Source: Candidatus Bathyarchaeota archaeon
Lineage (GTDB): Archaea > Thermoproteota > Bathyarchaeia > Bathyarchaeales > Bathycorpusculaceae
DNA length: 64,000 bases
Assembly: GCA_963775895.1 (NCBI GenBank)
Contig: CAVZKL010000019.1
Location: forward strand, 1-64,000
Direction: 5' to 3'
The notes beneath the pieces were generated by a model. That model was not told the DNA's origin and made no database searches. It saw nothing but the letters and a program-made list of their open reading frames with translations. Positions 1 to 11,787 of the stretch are shown in pieces. The translations under genes were made by a program, and so were the position numbers. The first letter of the stretch is position 1; each line of letters begins with the position of its first letter.

Positions 1-32
1 CCAAAGGCGATGACGCTGCGATTTTCAGACAT
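1..32 (-). CDS. 5' end of a gene running off the window (MSENRSVIAF...)
   Basis: ATG at 32 just downstream of the 48..254 stop and open to the window edge; too short to identify. Confidence 0.3.
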   Translation of the reverse strand, partial: MSENRSVIAF

Positions 33-47
33 CAAGCAGAGCGCGCG

Positions 48-254
48 TCACTTTCTGGTCCACCAATCCCATTCTAACGCGCTGAAGCCTACGTAGAGCA
101 CAAGCAGGATTAAACCCCAGCTCAAGGCTATGCCTGCTATTTCCAATATTAGAGTGTCGTGAAGGTACGTGTAACTCGCCCACGCGCTAACGCTACTCAG
201 TCCAATCAATAAGAACACGAATATTGCCAAGTGAATTGCTCTCTCAGCCGTCAT
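48..254 (-). CDS. small membrane protein (2 TM), unknown function
   Basis: 68 aa with two hydrophobic segments; GGGTGA SD-like motif upstream. Confidence 0.65.
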   Translation of the reverse strand: MTAERAIHLAIFVFLLIGLSSVSAWASYTYLHDTLILEIAGIALSWGLILLVLYVGFSALEWDWWTRK

Positions 255-316
255 TGATTATCACCCGCTATTCTATTTCTTAGACTTGACTTCACAATAA
301 AACACTATCGCCAACG

Positions 317-323
317 TTTATTT
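317..323 (+). promoter_or_regulatory. TATA-like box of the C/D sRNA
   Basis: TTTATTT about 22-28 nt upstream of the sRNA stem at 345. Confidence 0.4.
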
Positions 324-344
324 CATCGTCTTGCCAAGAAGCTG

Positions 345-410
345 TTGAGGTCGATGATGTGAAGAAGAGCCGTCTGATTTGTGACGACATCTAAAAGACT
401 GAGGCTTCAA
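345..410 (+). ncRNA. box C/D 2'-O-methylation guide sRNA (double guide, 23S rRNA PTC region)
   Basis: 8-bp terminal stem TTGAGGTC/GGCTTCAA; C box ATGATGT 354-360, D' CTGA 374-377, C' GTGACGA 381-387, D CTGA 399-402; T-tract downstream at 417-428. Confidence 0.85.
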
Positions 411-428
411 AATCACTTTTTGATTTTA

Positions 429-851
429 TCAATGCTTGCGGGGCAAGTGTACTTCTAACATTCCCTTTTTGTAATTGATGATCATCTTCTTCATGTACAC
501 CGGAACCGGTACGCGTAGCTGGCAATGGTATTTCTGAAACTCGCCTTTGATATGAGTCACTCCGAGATCGTTGAGTTTGACTATCTTGTTCATCTTTGCT
601 GTTATCTCAAGAGAGCTACTGCCCAAGGGTTTGACCTTGACACCAGCCTTGTTTGTGAAAGGCAAATCAACTGTCACCAAAACTTCCTTCGGCTTCACCA
701 CCATTTCCCGCAAGGGTTCTAATGAACATTCACGCAAGTCCCAGCTTGGTCTTTCCCCAAAAGTGCCTCCAACCCGTTGAGTCCACCCTTCCAAATCTGC
801 AAAGTATTCGTCAATAATTTCTGACAATGATCGTCTTCTTCTTATCGCCAT
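429..851 (-). CDS. Hsp20/alpha-crystallin family small heat shock protein
   Basis: MAIRRRRSL...VTVDLP...YKKGMLEVHLP alpha-crystallin pattern; own ATG at 851 with SD-like GGGAGG upstream. Confidence 0.8.
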   Translation of the reverse strand: MAIRRRRSLSEIIDEYFADLEGWTQRVGGTFGERPSWDLRECSLEPLREMVVKPKEVLVTVDLPFTNKAGVKVKPLGSSSLEITAKMNKIVKLNDLGVTHIKGEFQKYHCQLRVPVPVYMKKMIINYKKGMLEVHLPRKH

Positions 852-865
852 TTCCCTCGTCCTCC

Positions 866-1613
866 CTAAGAAACGTACATTGGAATGTCCAGTTCTTGGG
901 GCTTCTTCATCTTGGACATCTCTTCCTGTGTTCTCTTCATCACGTCTCGTCCTCTGAGTCTGATTTCTTCTCCTTTCGCCAAGAGTTTTGCCACGTCTAC
1001 CTTGACATCCTGTGATCTTTTCAAGTTCTCTCAGTACTTCAGCGGCTGCTTCTGGGTCTGGATAATTGTAGAAACATTGAGCAAGCAGAGCAAGGGCAGG
1101 AACCCCGTTGTCTGAAGCTCTCTGCAGCATGATTGCTTGAGTCCCGACAATGTACCCTTCCGTCAAGATCTCTATCTGCTTGTCCTCAGCTATTTTCAAT
1201 GCTTCCGGACTTGAGGCGGCGGCAAATCCCTTCAATTCCTTGATGTCTTGTCGGTCCTCAACAGGAATTCCGCCCAAGGAAACCATCATCTTGATTTTCT
1301 TGCTTCGTCCCCATTCTATCAACCCATCCATTATTGGGTAAACTGCCTCTGCGGGCACAGGGGCTTCAGAAATTACCAAAAGAAGGCTTCCACCTGCGAA
1401 GATCCTAATTGAAGAATGAGGCAAACCTTCGTGAAGAACGACGAGCGGCGGCAACAGAGTTGAATCCAAATATGCCACTTCCTCAAGTTTCAATTCCTCA
1501 ACGAGATGCGCGGCAGCTATAACGCCCACGAGCCCAACGTCAGGAAAACCGAAGACCAGTGTTGTTTCGGGCGGAATCTTCTTTTTCTCGATGATCTTCA
1601 CTTGTTCATCCAA
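866..1613 (-). CDS. PAC2-family proteasome assembly chaperone (one frameshift ~1008)
   Basis: GFPDVGLVG, YPDPEAAA; shifted frame gives VKVDVAKLL...ELDIPMYVS* ending at 866. Confidence 0.85.
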
Positions 1614-1728
1614 CTTTAACCCTCAAGAGTTTCTTAGAGTTTTGAGGAATGTAAAAAGCTTATGGAGTGGTGGTTGAAGAACGGAACAGCTATTAAACAC
1701 TTGAAAGGTTCTAGTTCTGAGGAAAATA

Positions 1729-3063
1729 ATGTCTCTTGAACACTTAGGCTCTTCACTCTACGATGCTTTGAAGAAGGTCTTCAAAGCCTCTGTCGTCGAT
1801 GAGGCAACTGTCAAAGAGCTCGTTCGCGACATTCAAAGGGCTCTGCTTCAGGCAGACGTGAACGTGCAACTGGTCCTTGACATCTCCAAGCGAATAGAAG
1901 ACAGAGCGTTAAAGGAGAAAGTTCCTCCAGGGATATCACGACGCGAACACGTGATAAAGGTTGTTTATGAAGAGCTGACCCGTTTTCTCGGCGACAAACC
2001 CGTCCCGTTGAAGGTTGAGCCTGGAAAAAGAAAAATAATAATGCTGGTGGGCATTCAGGGTTCCGGAAAAACTACTGCTGCCGCCAAGCTTGCACGGTAT
2101 TTCCAGAAGAGAGGACTGAACCCTGCCTTGATTTGCGGGGACACTTTTCGTCCAGGAGCGTACGCGCAGCTTCAACAGCTTGCAAGCAGAATAAATGTTC
2201 CCATTTACGGTGACCTGAAGGGAAAAGATCCTGTCAAAGTCGTCAATGAAGGTATGAAACAGTATAGCGACAAAGACTTGATCATAGTTGACACTTCAGG
2301 CCGCCACAAAGAGGAGAAGGAATTGATCAAGGAAATGAAGATGCTTGAGAAGAGCATCAAGCCGGACGAAGTCATGCTTGTGATCGACGGAACGATCGGA
2401 CAGCAAGCTCTCGTTCAGGCAAAAGCCTTCAATGAGGCGACTCCAATAGGGTCTATCTTGGTAACAAAGCTAGACGGATCAGCCAGGGGAGGCGGGGCTC
2501 TCTCTGCCGTTGCAGCCACGGGGGCACCTATCAAATTCATAGGTACAGGTGAGAAAACTGAGGACATTGAGGCCTTTGTGCCGTCTCGTTTCGTTGGCAG
2601 ACTGCTGGGAATGGGCGACTTGGAAACGTTGCTGGACAAGGTAAAAGAAGCCGAGATAGTCGTTCCCGAAAAGAAAGCCAAAGCAATGATGAGCGGAAAA
2701 TTCACCTTAACCGACATGTACGAGCAGTTCGAAGCCATGAAAGGCATGGGCACCTTCAAGAAAATCTTCAAAATGCTTCCAGGAATGTCTTACAACATTC
2801 CAGACGACATGCTCAACATGGCTGAGGGACGCCTAGAAAAGTGGCGCGTGCTCATTCAATCGATGACACCTGAGGAAAAAGACAACCCCAAAATGTTCAA
2901 TTCCTCCAGAATAAAGCGCGTTGCCAGAGGCTCTGGCACGACTGAGAAGGACGTGAAAGAGCTTCTGAAACAGTACATAATGATGCGACGAATGCTCAAG
3001 ACCATGCGAAGAAAAAAGAAATTCCCCTTCTTCGGAAAAGGAATGCCGATGGATATGCAGTAA
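1729..3063 (+). CDS. srp54: signal recognition particle protein SRP54
   Basis: GIQGSGKTT, DTSGR, TKLDGSARGGG, Met-rich M domain. Confidence 0.97.
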   Translation: MSLEHLGSSLYDALKKVFKASVVDEATVKELVRDIQRALLQADVNVQLVLDISKRIEDRALKEKVPPGISRREHVIKVVYEELTRFLGDKPVPLKVEPGKRKIIMLVGIQGSGKTTAAAKLARYFQKRGLNPALICGDTFRPGAYAQLQQLASRINVPIYGDLKGKDPVKVVNEGMKQYSDKDLIIVDTSGRHKEEKELIKEMKMLEKSIKPDEVMLVIDGTIGQQALVQAKAFNEATPIGSILVTKLDGSARGGGALSAVAATGAPIKFIGTGEKTEDIEAFVPSRFVGRLLGMGDLETLLDKVKEAEIVVPEKKAKAMMSGKFTLTDMYEQFEAMKGMGTFKKIFKMLPGMSYNIPDDMLNMAEGRLEKWRVLIQSMTPEEKDNPKMFNSSRIKRVARGSGTTEKDVKELLKQYIMMRRMLKTMRRKKKFPFFGKGMPMDMQ

Positions 3064-3087
3064 ACTCTCCAAAACGAAGGTCACAGA

Positions 3088-4441
3088 ATGGACATTTTGC
3101 AGAACGTCCTGAAGATGCTCGAAGCCCATCCTTTGTGCGATCACTGCCTCGGAAGGCAATTTGCCCTACTTGGCCATGGACTTGACAATGCTCAGAGAGG
3201 TGAAGCGATAAAACTCGTTCTGACCCTTAATGGACATGAATTAGCTCTTTCGAACGAAAAGAAAGGCGAAAAGATCCTCAACGTGTTGGCGGTCAACGGT
3301 TTTTTCAAGACTGCTGAAGACGTACTAGATGGTTTGGGAAAACCAGTGTCAACCAAGAATCAATCGCCGAAATGCTACCTTTGTGCAGACAAATTTGAAG
3401 CAATACACAGTCTTGTCGAAGAATCAGCAAGACTTCTCGAAGATTACGAGTACAGCACTTTCCTCGTCGGCACTGAATTGCCGGTTGACGTTGCGGAGCG
3501 TGAGGATGAGTTCCGAGCAGAATTCAACGTTTTGCATGCGGAGAGCATGCGAAACGAGTTTGGCAGAGTTATGGGAAAGGAATTAGCCAAACGTGTCGGA
3601 AAGTCAGTGGACTTCAAGAGGCCGGAGATGGTTGCATTAGTCAACCCGTTTCGCGGGAGGGTAACGCTACAGCCCAATCCCCTTTTTGTTTCGGGAAGAT
3701 ACCGAAAGCTCAGCCGTGGTATACCGCAGTCAAAGTGGTTCTGCTCAAACTGCCATGGCAAGGGATGTAAGAAGTGCAATTGGACAGGGAAAATGTATGC
3801 GGAATCCGTGCAAGAAATAGTTGAAGGTCCGTTTCTGCAGGCTACTCAGGGTTTGAAAGGATCTTTTCATGCTTCTGGAAGGGAGGATATCGACGCTCGC
3901 ATGCTCGGGACTGGTAGGCCTTTTCGTCATCGAAATCACGGAACCCAAGAAGCGTTTCCTGAACCTTAAGAAGCTGAAGAAAGAAGTGAATGCCCAAGGG
4001 AAGGGCAAGGTTCAGGTTTCAGATTTACAGTTTGCTGACAAAGACGTTGTGAGAAAACTGAAGAAAGGTGAGTCAACTCAGAAAGAGTACCGTTTGATAT
4101 TGGAGTTTGAAAACAGGATTGCGACAAAAGACCTTCGTTTCCTCGAGAAGAGTCTCTCCAACACGTTGGTAAAACAACAGACGCCGTTGCGAGTTATGCA
4201 CCGACGCGCAGATTTGACGCGGGAAAAGTACATATACGAGGTGAACGTTAAGAAAATGTCGCTTCAAAAGGCTGAAATGAGAATACGATGCCAAGGAGGA
4301 CTGTACGTTAAAGAGTTGGTGACCGGAGATGATGGAAGAACAGTGCCCAGCGTTTCAGAGATTCTCAAAAACAAAGCGAAGCCTTTGAAACTTGACGTTT
4401 TAAGCGTAATTATGGATAGCGGAGAGTTGATGAAAAAATGA
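3088..4441 (+). CDS. pus10: tRNA pseudouridine(54/55) synthase Pus10 (frameshift ~3923)
   Basis: LCDHCLGR Zn site, GRYRK, FHASGREDIDARMLG catalytic Asp, QTPLRV, GGLYVKEL across two frames. Confidence 0.92.
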
Positions 4442-4734
4442 GGAGATCAAAGGGTTATCGTTCTGGCACACGCCGTCTCCTGACGAAGGAGCCTAGAGAG
4501 CGCGGCAAACTGAGTCTCAGTAAACTACTTTACGAGTATCAACCGGGAAGCCAAGTGGTGGTCAAGATAGAACCGAGTGTGCAAAAGGGGATGCCGCACA
4601 AGAGGTTCCATGGAAGAGTTGGCACGATATTGAACAAGCGAGGAAGAAGTTACGTGGTGAGTGTTTCACAGGGAGACGCTGTGAAAGAGATAATCGTTAG
4701 ACCCGAACATCTACAACCATACAAGAGCGATTGA
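4438..4734 (+). CDS. rpl21e: 50S ribosomal protein eL21
   Basis: SKGYRSGTR, KGMPHKRFHGRVG, IVRPEHL. Confidence 0.96.
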   Translation: MRRSKGYRSGTRRLLTKEPRERGKLSLSKLLYEYQPGSQVVVKIEPSVQKGMPHKRFHGRVGTILNKRGRSYVVSVSQGDAVKEIIVRPEHLQPYKSD

Positions 4735-4735
4735 A

Positions 4736-5075
4736 ATGTCCCAAGGAAACGTTACGGAAAAGAAACTGACCTTGCCACAAGTCAAAAAGATAATGGAAAG
4801 CATCGGAGAAGAAAACCTCGACCAGCTGCAACGCCGCACCTTTGACTACATCTCAAAGTTCGCGAAGATCGACGCTCCGACGAGCGAGAAGCTCGTGCAA
4901 GAAGCTCGTGACAGATTTTGGTCTTGAAGAAGTGGAAGCGGTTGAAATAGTGAACTGCATGCCAAAAAGTATAGAGGAATTGCGGGTTTTCTTGGCTGGT
5001 GGTCGCAAGATCATTGAAACCTCCAAGTTGGAAGCGATAATCAAGCTGCTGGATGAACACAGAAGTCAGAAGTAG
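4736..5075 (+). CDS. rpo4: RNA polymerase subunit Rpo4 (RpoF) (frameshift ~4899)
   Basis: LQRRTFDYISKF...EAVEIVNCMPKSIEELRVFL; conserved position after rpl21e. Confidence 0.88.
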
Positions 5076-5129
5076 TCGGGCTGTTACCCTAACTATTTTT
5101 AAACAAAGAGAGACTATGTATAGGCTGTT

Positions 5130-5705
5130 ATGACTATGATGGAGAAGCGGTACGAAGAGTACGCTTACATTCTGGATTTCCTTCCCCATGGACGGCCTGG
5201 CGTTCACGTTTCGGGCCGAGCTGGATACCGAGCGGGAGCGTTGGTTCAACTGCTGGGGGAGGAGTTCTTCACGTTACTGGAAGCTCTAGTCAAAGAAGGT
5301 GTTACGCTAAAACCCCCTGATCGAGTTTTCGTTGGTAAAGAAGCACGGAACGAAATAACATACATCATTGGACGAATCGGCTTTGATGAGCTGACCGCCG
5401 CCGCCAAAAACGAGCTTCCAACAGTCATCAGCAGAATAGTGCTGAACCGTGAAGAATATTTCGTTCAATTCTTCAACACTGCTCGAGCCGTGACTCCGAG
5501 AATGCACGCACTGGAGCTGGTGCCAGGCATCGGCAAGAAATACATGTGGCAGGTCATAAACGAACGCGAAAGGAAACCTTTCGAAAACTTCGAAGACTTG
5601 CAAAAACGAACTGAATTGCCTAACCCCGTGAAGCTGGTCACAAAACGGGTTATGGAAGAGCTAAGTGGCGACAGCAAGTATCGACTGTTCACGAGAGCCC
5701 AATAA
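5130..5705 (+). CDS. DUF655 putative RNA-binding protein
   Basis: EEYAYILDFLP, FTLLE, RMHALELVPGIGKK HhH motif; conserved synteny. Confidence 0.9.
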   Translation: MTMMEKRYEEYAYILDFLPHGRPGVHVSGRAGYRAGALVQLLGEEFFTLLEALVKEGVTLKPPDRVFVGKEARNEITYIIGRIGFDELTAAAKNELPTVISRIVLNREEYFVQFFNTARAVTPRMHALELVPGIGKKYMWQVINERERKPFENFEDLQKRTELPNPVKLVTKRVMEELSGDSKYRLFTRAQ

Positions 5706-5736
5706 TATAGTTGTTTTCGGCAAATTGCGTGTACCT

Positions 5737-6559
5737 ATGAGTCTCCTAGAAAAAACGAAGTTAATACTTCGAAATCATCGAAGTCTGCCGAAAAAATCGT
5801 TCGGACAAAACTTCATCATTGAACAATCAGTCTACGAACACATGATCAGCCACGCTTCATTGGACAAGAACGACACAGTTCTGGACATCGGAGCAGGTCT
5901 TGGCTTCTTGTCACGTCTGATCGCCAAAGACTGCAAAAAAGTTCTGGCCGTCGAAGCCGATGCCCAAGTAGCCGAGATCTTGCGTGAACAACTTGGAACC
6001 GCGCCTAATGTAGAAGTCATTGAGGGTGACGTTTTCAAGATCAATATTCCGCCATTCAACAAAATCATCTCGGCTCCACCCTACAATGTTTCCTCACGAC
6101 TCGTCCTTTGGATTCTGAACCAGAGCTTTGACTGTGGTGTTCTTGTTTTTCAAAGAGAATTTGCAGAACGCCTCGTAGCTCCAGTCAGAAGCGAAGGTTA
6201 CGGGTGGCTCACCGTCTTGACATACTATTATGCAGAAGTTGAGCTTTTGGACGGTGTTCCCAAATCGATGTTCTATCCGCAACCAAAAGTGGACTCGGTT
6301 ATCACTCGTTTGAATTTGAAAAGACCTGAACCGTGTAAGCAAGTAACTGGAATCGCGTTCAAACGATTCTTGCAAATGCTCTTCACACAACGTAACAGAA
6401 AGGTGAAAGGAGCTGTCTTGTCATATCTGAGGGGCCGTTAAAGGAATGACTAAGCTGGCTGCGGCTCAGGTAGTGGAGAACCTTCCCTACTCGAACAGGC
6501 GGGTCAGAGAATTGGCTCCTGAAGATTTCGGAGTACTAGCAAATGCCCTCAACGAGTAA
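5737..6559 (+). CDS. ksgA: 16S rRNA m6,2A dimethyltransferase KsgA/Dim1 (frameshift ~6438)
   Basis: KKSFGQNF, DIGAGLG, PPYNVSS, FYPQPKVDS; shifted frame continues RRVRELAPEDF to TAA 6559. Confidence 0.9.
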
Positions 6560-7157
6560 GAAAGTGCTCTTTGAAGATTTCACTTTTCTCGTGAATCAAA
6601 ACGTTTACGAACCAGCTGAGGACTCGTTCCTTTTTGCCGAAAACCTGAGCGGAAAGAAATCCTGTAAAGTCATCGATGTGGGCACTGGCTGCGGTATTCT
6701 GGGCATCGTTGCTGCAAAATGGGCTGAGGAAGTGTTTGCGGTCGATCTCAACCCCTACGCCGTTCGCTGTGCAAAGCAAAATGCAAAGTTAAACAATGTG
6801 ATCGACAAAATGGTCTTCGTTCAAGGAGACCTTCTCAGCTGCATCGATAGAAACGTGAAGTTCGATTTGATACTCTTCAATGCTCCGTACCTGCCCTCAG
6901 AAAAGGCAGATGGGTCTTGGCTTGAGTACTCTTGGGCTGGGGGCAAGGGAGGAAGAGAGGTGATTGACCGTTTCATCGACGAGACACCAGAATATCTCGC
7001 TCCAAAGGGGCAAATTCTTCTGATGCAGTCCTCTCTTTCAGACGTCGACAAGACAATACGGAGGTACGTGAATAAGGGCATGAGTGCAAGAGTAGTTGCA
7101 AGTCGAAGTGTGCCCTTCTTTGAAACAATAGTCCTCATAAGCGCCGCGCGACTGTAA
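6543..7157 (+). CDS. HemK2/PrmC-family (release factor Gln) methyltransferase
   Basis: VYEPAEDSFL, DVGTGCG, FNAPYLP, WAGG..GREVI. Confidence 0.88.
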   Translation: MPSTSKKVLFEDFTFLVNQNVYEPAEDSFLFAENLSGKKSCKVIDVGTGCGILGIVAAKWAEEVFAVDLNPYAVRCAKQNAKLNNVIDKMVFVQGDLLSCIDRNVKFDLILFNAPYLPSEKADGSWLEYSWAGGKGGREVIDRFIDETPEYLAPKGQILLMQSSLSDVDKTIRRYVNKGMSARVVASRSVPFFETIVLISAARL

Positions 7158-7222
7158 GGTTATGCTTTTCTGCGATGTGTTTATGTCCAACAAAGAGCTA
7201 AGATTCGAACTCAAGGTGTAGA

Positions 7223-8296
7223 TTGAAATTGACCGCGAAGGGCGAGCATATCACCATGTTGCATGGCGCTGGCGGAACAGTGATGCATGATCTGGTAAAG
7301 AATCATATTGTGAGATATTTTGGAGGCCCGAGTAACGCTGAAGTTCCGCTTGAAGCCATGGACGACGCGGCGGTCGTCGGCGGTATAGCTCTAAAAAGTG
7401 ACTCGCACGTGGTTAAACCAATATTCTTTCCTGGAGGAGACATTGGTCGTTTAGCAGTGTCGGGCACGGTAAACGACATCTCTGCCGTGGGAGCCGAGCC
7501 CTACGCCTTGGCGTGCGGTTTCATCTTAGAGGAGGGTTTAGCCATTTCTGATTTCGAAAGAATTCTTGCCAGTATGCAACGTGCATGCGGCGAAGCTGGT
7601 GTGAGCATTGTCACTGGAGACACTAAAGTCGTGGAGAAAGGAGCTCTCGGTGGTTGCGTGATAAACACGTCAGGAATCGGCAGAAGAACAGAGGCGTTGG
7701 ATGAGAATTTTGAGGTTGTCAAGTCATATGGACACGATTTCAAGGCGCGTTGGACTCTTGACTCGAACCTTGGTGCTGGCGACAAGATAATCGTTTCTGG
7801 AACAATCGGGGATCATGGACTGGCCGTTTTGTCTGCTCAGGAAGGTCTGAGGTTTGGAAGTGAAATAAAGTCGGATGTCAAACCTCTGAATCGTCTGGTT
7901 CAACGTTTGCTGGGTGAAGCTGGCGGAATTGTGTCCATAAAAGACCCTACTCGCGGCGGTCTCGCTGACGCATTGAATGAATTCAGTGAAAAATCGAAGG
8001 TAGGCATTCTGATCTACGAGGACAAGGTTCCGATAAAGAAAAGCGTACGCGCGGCCTGTGAAATGCTTGGTTTGGATCCGTTTGAGGTGGGCAACGAGGG
8101 AAAAATCATCATGGGCGTTGTGAAGGAAAAGGCAAAAGACGTTTTGAGACTCTTAAGAACAACTTCTGAAGGAAAGGATGCAGAAATCATCGGTGAAGCA
8201 ACAAAAGAATTTACTGGTGTGGCCATGCGAACGGTCGTGGGTGGAAAGAGAATAGTTGCTAGACCTGTGGGTGATCCTGTTCCCCGGATATGCTGA
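7223..8296 (+). CDS. hypE: hydrogenase maturation carbamoyl dehydratase HypE
   Basis: HGAGG, PIFFPGGDIGRLAV.GTVND, DPTRGG, C-terminal PRIC. Confidence 0.95.
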   Translation: MKLTAKGEHITMLHGAGGTVMHDLVKNHIVRYFGGPSNAEVPLEAMDDAAVVGGIALKSDSHVVKPIFFPGGDIGRLAVSGTVNDISAVGAEPYALACGFILEEGLAISDFERILASMQRACGEAGVSIVTGDTKVVEKGALGGCVINTSGIGRRTEALDENFEVVKSYGHDFKARWTLDSNLGAGDKIIVSGTIGDHGLAVLSAQEGLRFGSEIKSDVKPLNRLVQRLLGEAGGIVSIKDPTRGGLADALNEFSEKSKVGILIYEDKVPIKKSVRAACEMLGLDPFEVGNEGKIIMGVVKEKAKDVLRLLRTTSEGKDAEIIGEATKEFTGVAMRTVVGGKRIVARPVGDPVPRIC

Positions 8297-8307
8297 GAGG
8301 AGACCGC

Positions 8308-11081
<2,774 letters not shown>

Positions 11082-11147
11082 AAAGACTTAAATTTGGAAC
11101 AACGCGAAAAAAGCTCTAACCAAAGAAATTCTAGGGCTGAAAAAGAA

Positions 11148-11717
11148 ATGAGCGAAAAACTGGCAAATCCTGCGCCACTTGGACTGTTAGCCTTTGGACT
11201 AACGACAGTTCTGCTGAATCTGAGCAACGCTGGCTTTTTTGCCATGAACGGCATGATCTTAGCGATGGGCATAGCCTACGGCGGACTAGCTCAAATCATA
11301 GCAGGCTCAATGGAGTTCAGGAGAGGAAACACCTTTGGCACAGTTGCGTTCTCATCTTACGGGTTTTTCTGGTGGTCTCTTGTGATTTTGATCTTACTTC
11401 CAAATGCTGGTCTCGGAATTTCAGCGCCTACCTCAGAAGCTATGGCAGCGTACTTCTTCATGTGGGGCTTGTTCACCTTCTTTATGTTCTTCGGCACATT
11501 GAAAGCGAACAGGGCAATACAATTTGTCTTCATGAGCTTAGCAATTCTGTTCTTCCTGTTGACTGCTCACGAATTGACCAGCAACGGAACATTGGGCACG
11601 ATAACAGGATATGAAGGCATAATCTGCGGGTTGAGCGCGGTCTACCTCGGTTTAGCCGAAGTCATCAATGAAGCCCATGGAAAAGCCTTCCTCCCCATAG
11701 GTCCTATGAATCAATAA
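11148..11717 (+). CDS. satP: acetate uptake transporter, GPR1/FUN34/YaaH (SatP) family
   Basis: ANPAPLGL signature, YGGLAQ, NTFG, SYG.FW. Confidence 0.92.
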   Translation: MSEKLANPAPLGLLAFGLTTVLLNLSNAGFFAMNGMILAMGIAYGGLAQIIAGSMEFRRGNTFGTVAFSSYGFFWWSLVILILLPNAGLGISAPTSEAMAAYFFMWGLFTFFMFFGTLKANRAIQFVFMSLAILFFLLTAHELTSNGTLGTITGYEGIICGLSAVYLGLAEVINEAHGKAFLPIGPMNQ

Positions 11718-11787
11718 ACGCCTTCCCCCTTTTTATTTTCGACTAAAAACGTTTATATTCACGAAAGAAGGTCTTTCCACAAAATCC

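Noticed and set aside
429-1613. Apparent 394-aa PAC2-Hsp20 fusion in the ORF track
   Set aside because: The linker is out-of-frame PAC2 sequence; one base change restores a normal PAC2 C-terminus, and Hsp20 has its own SD and ATG
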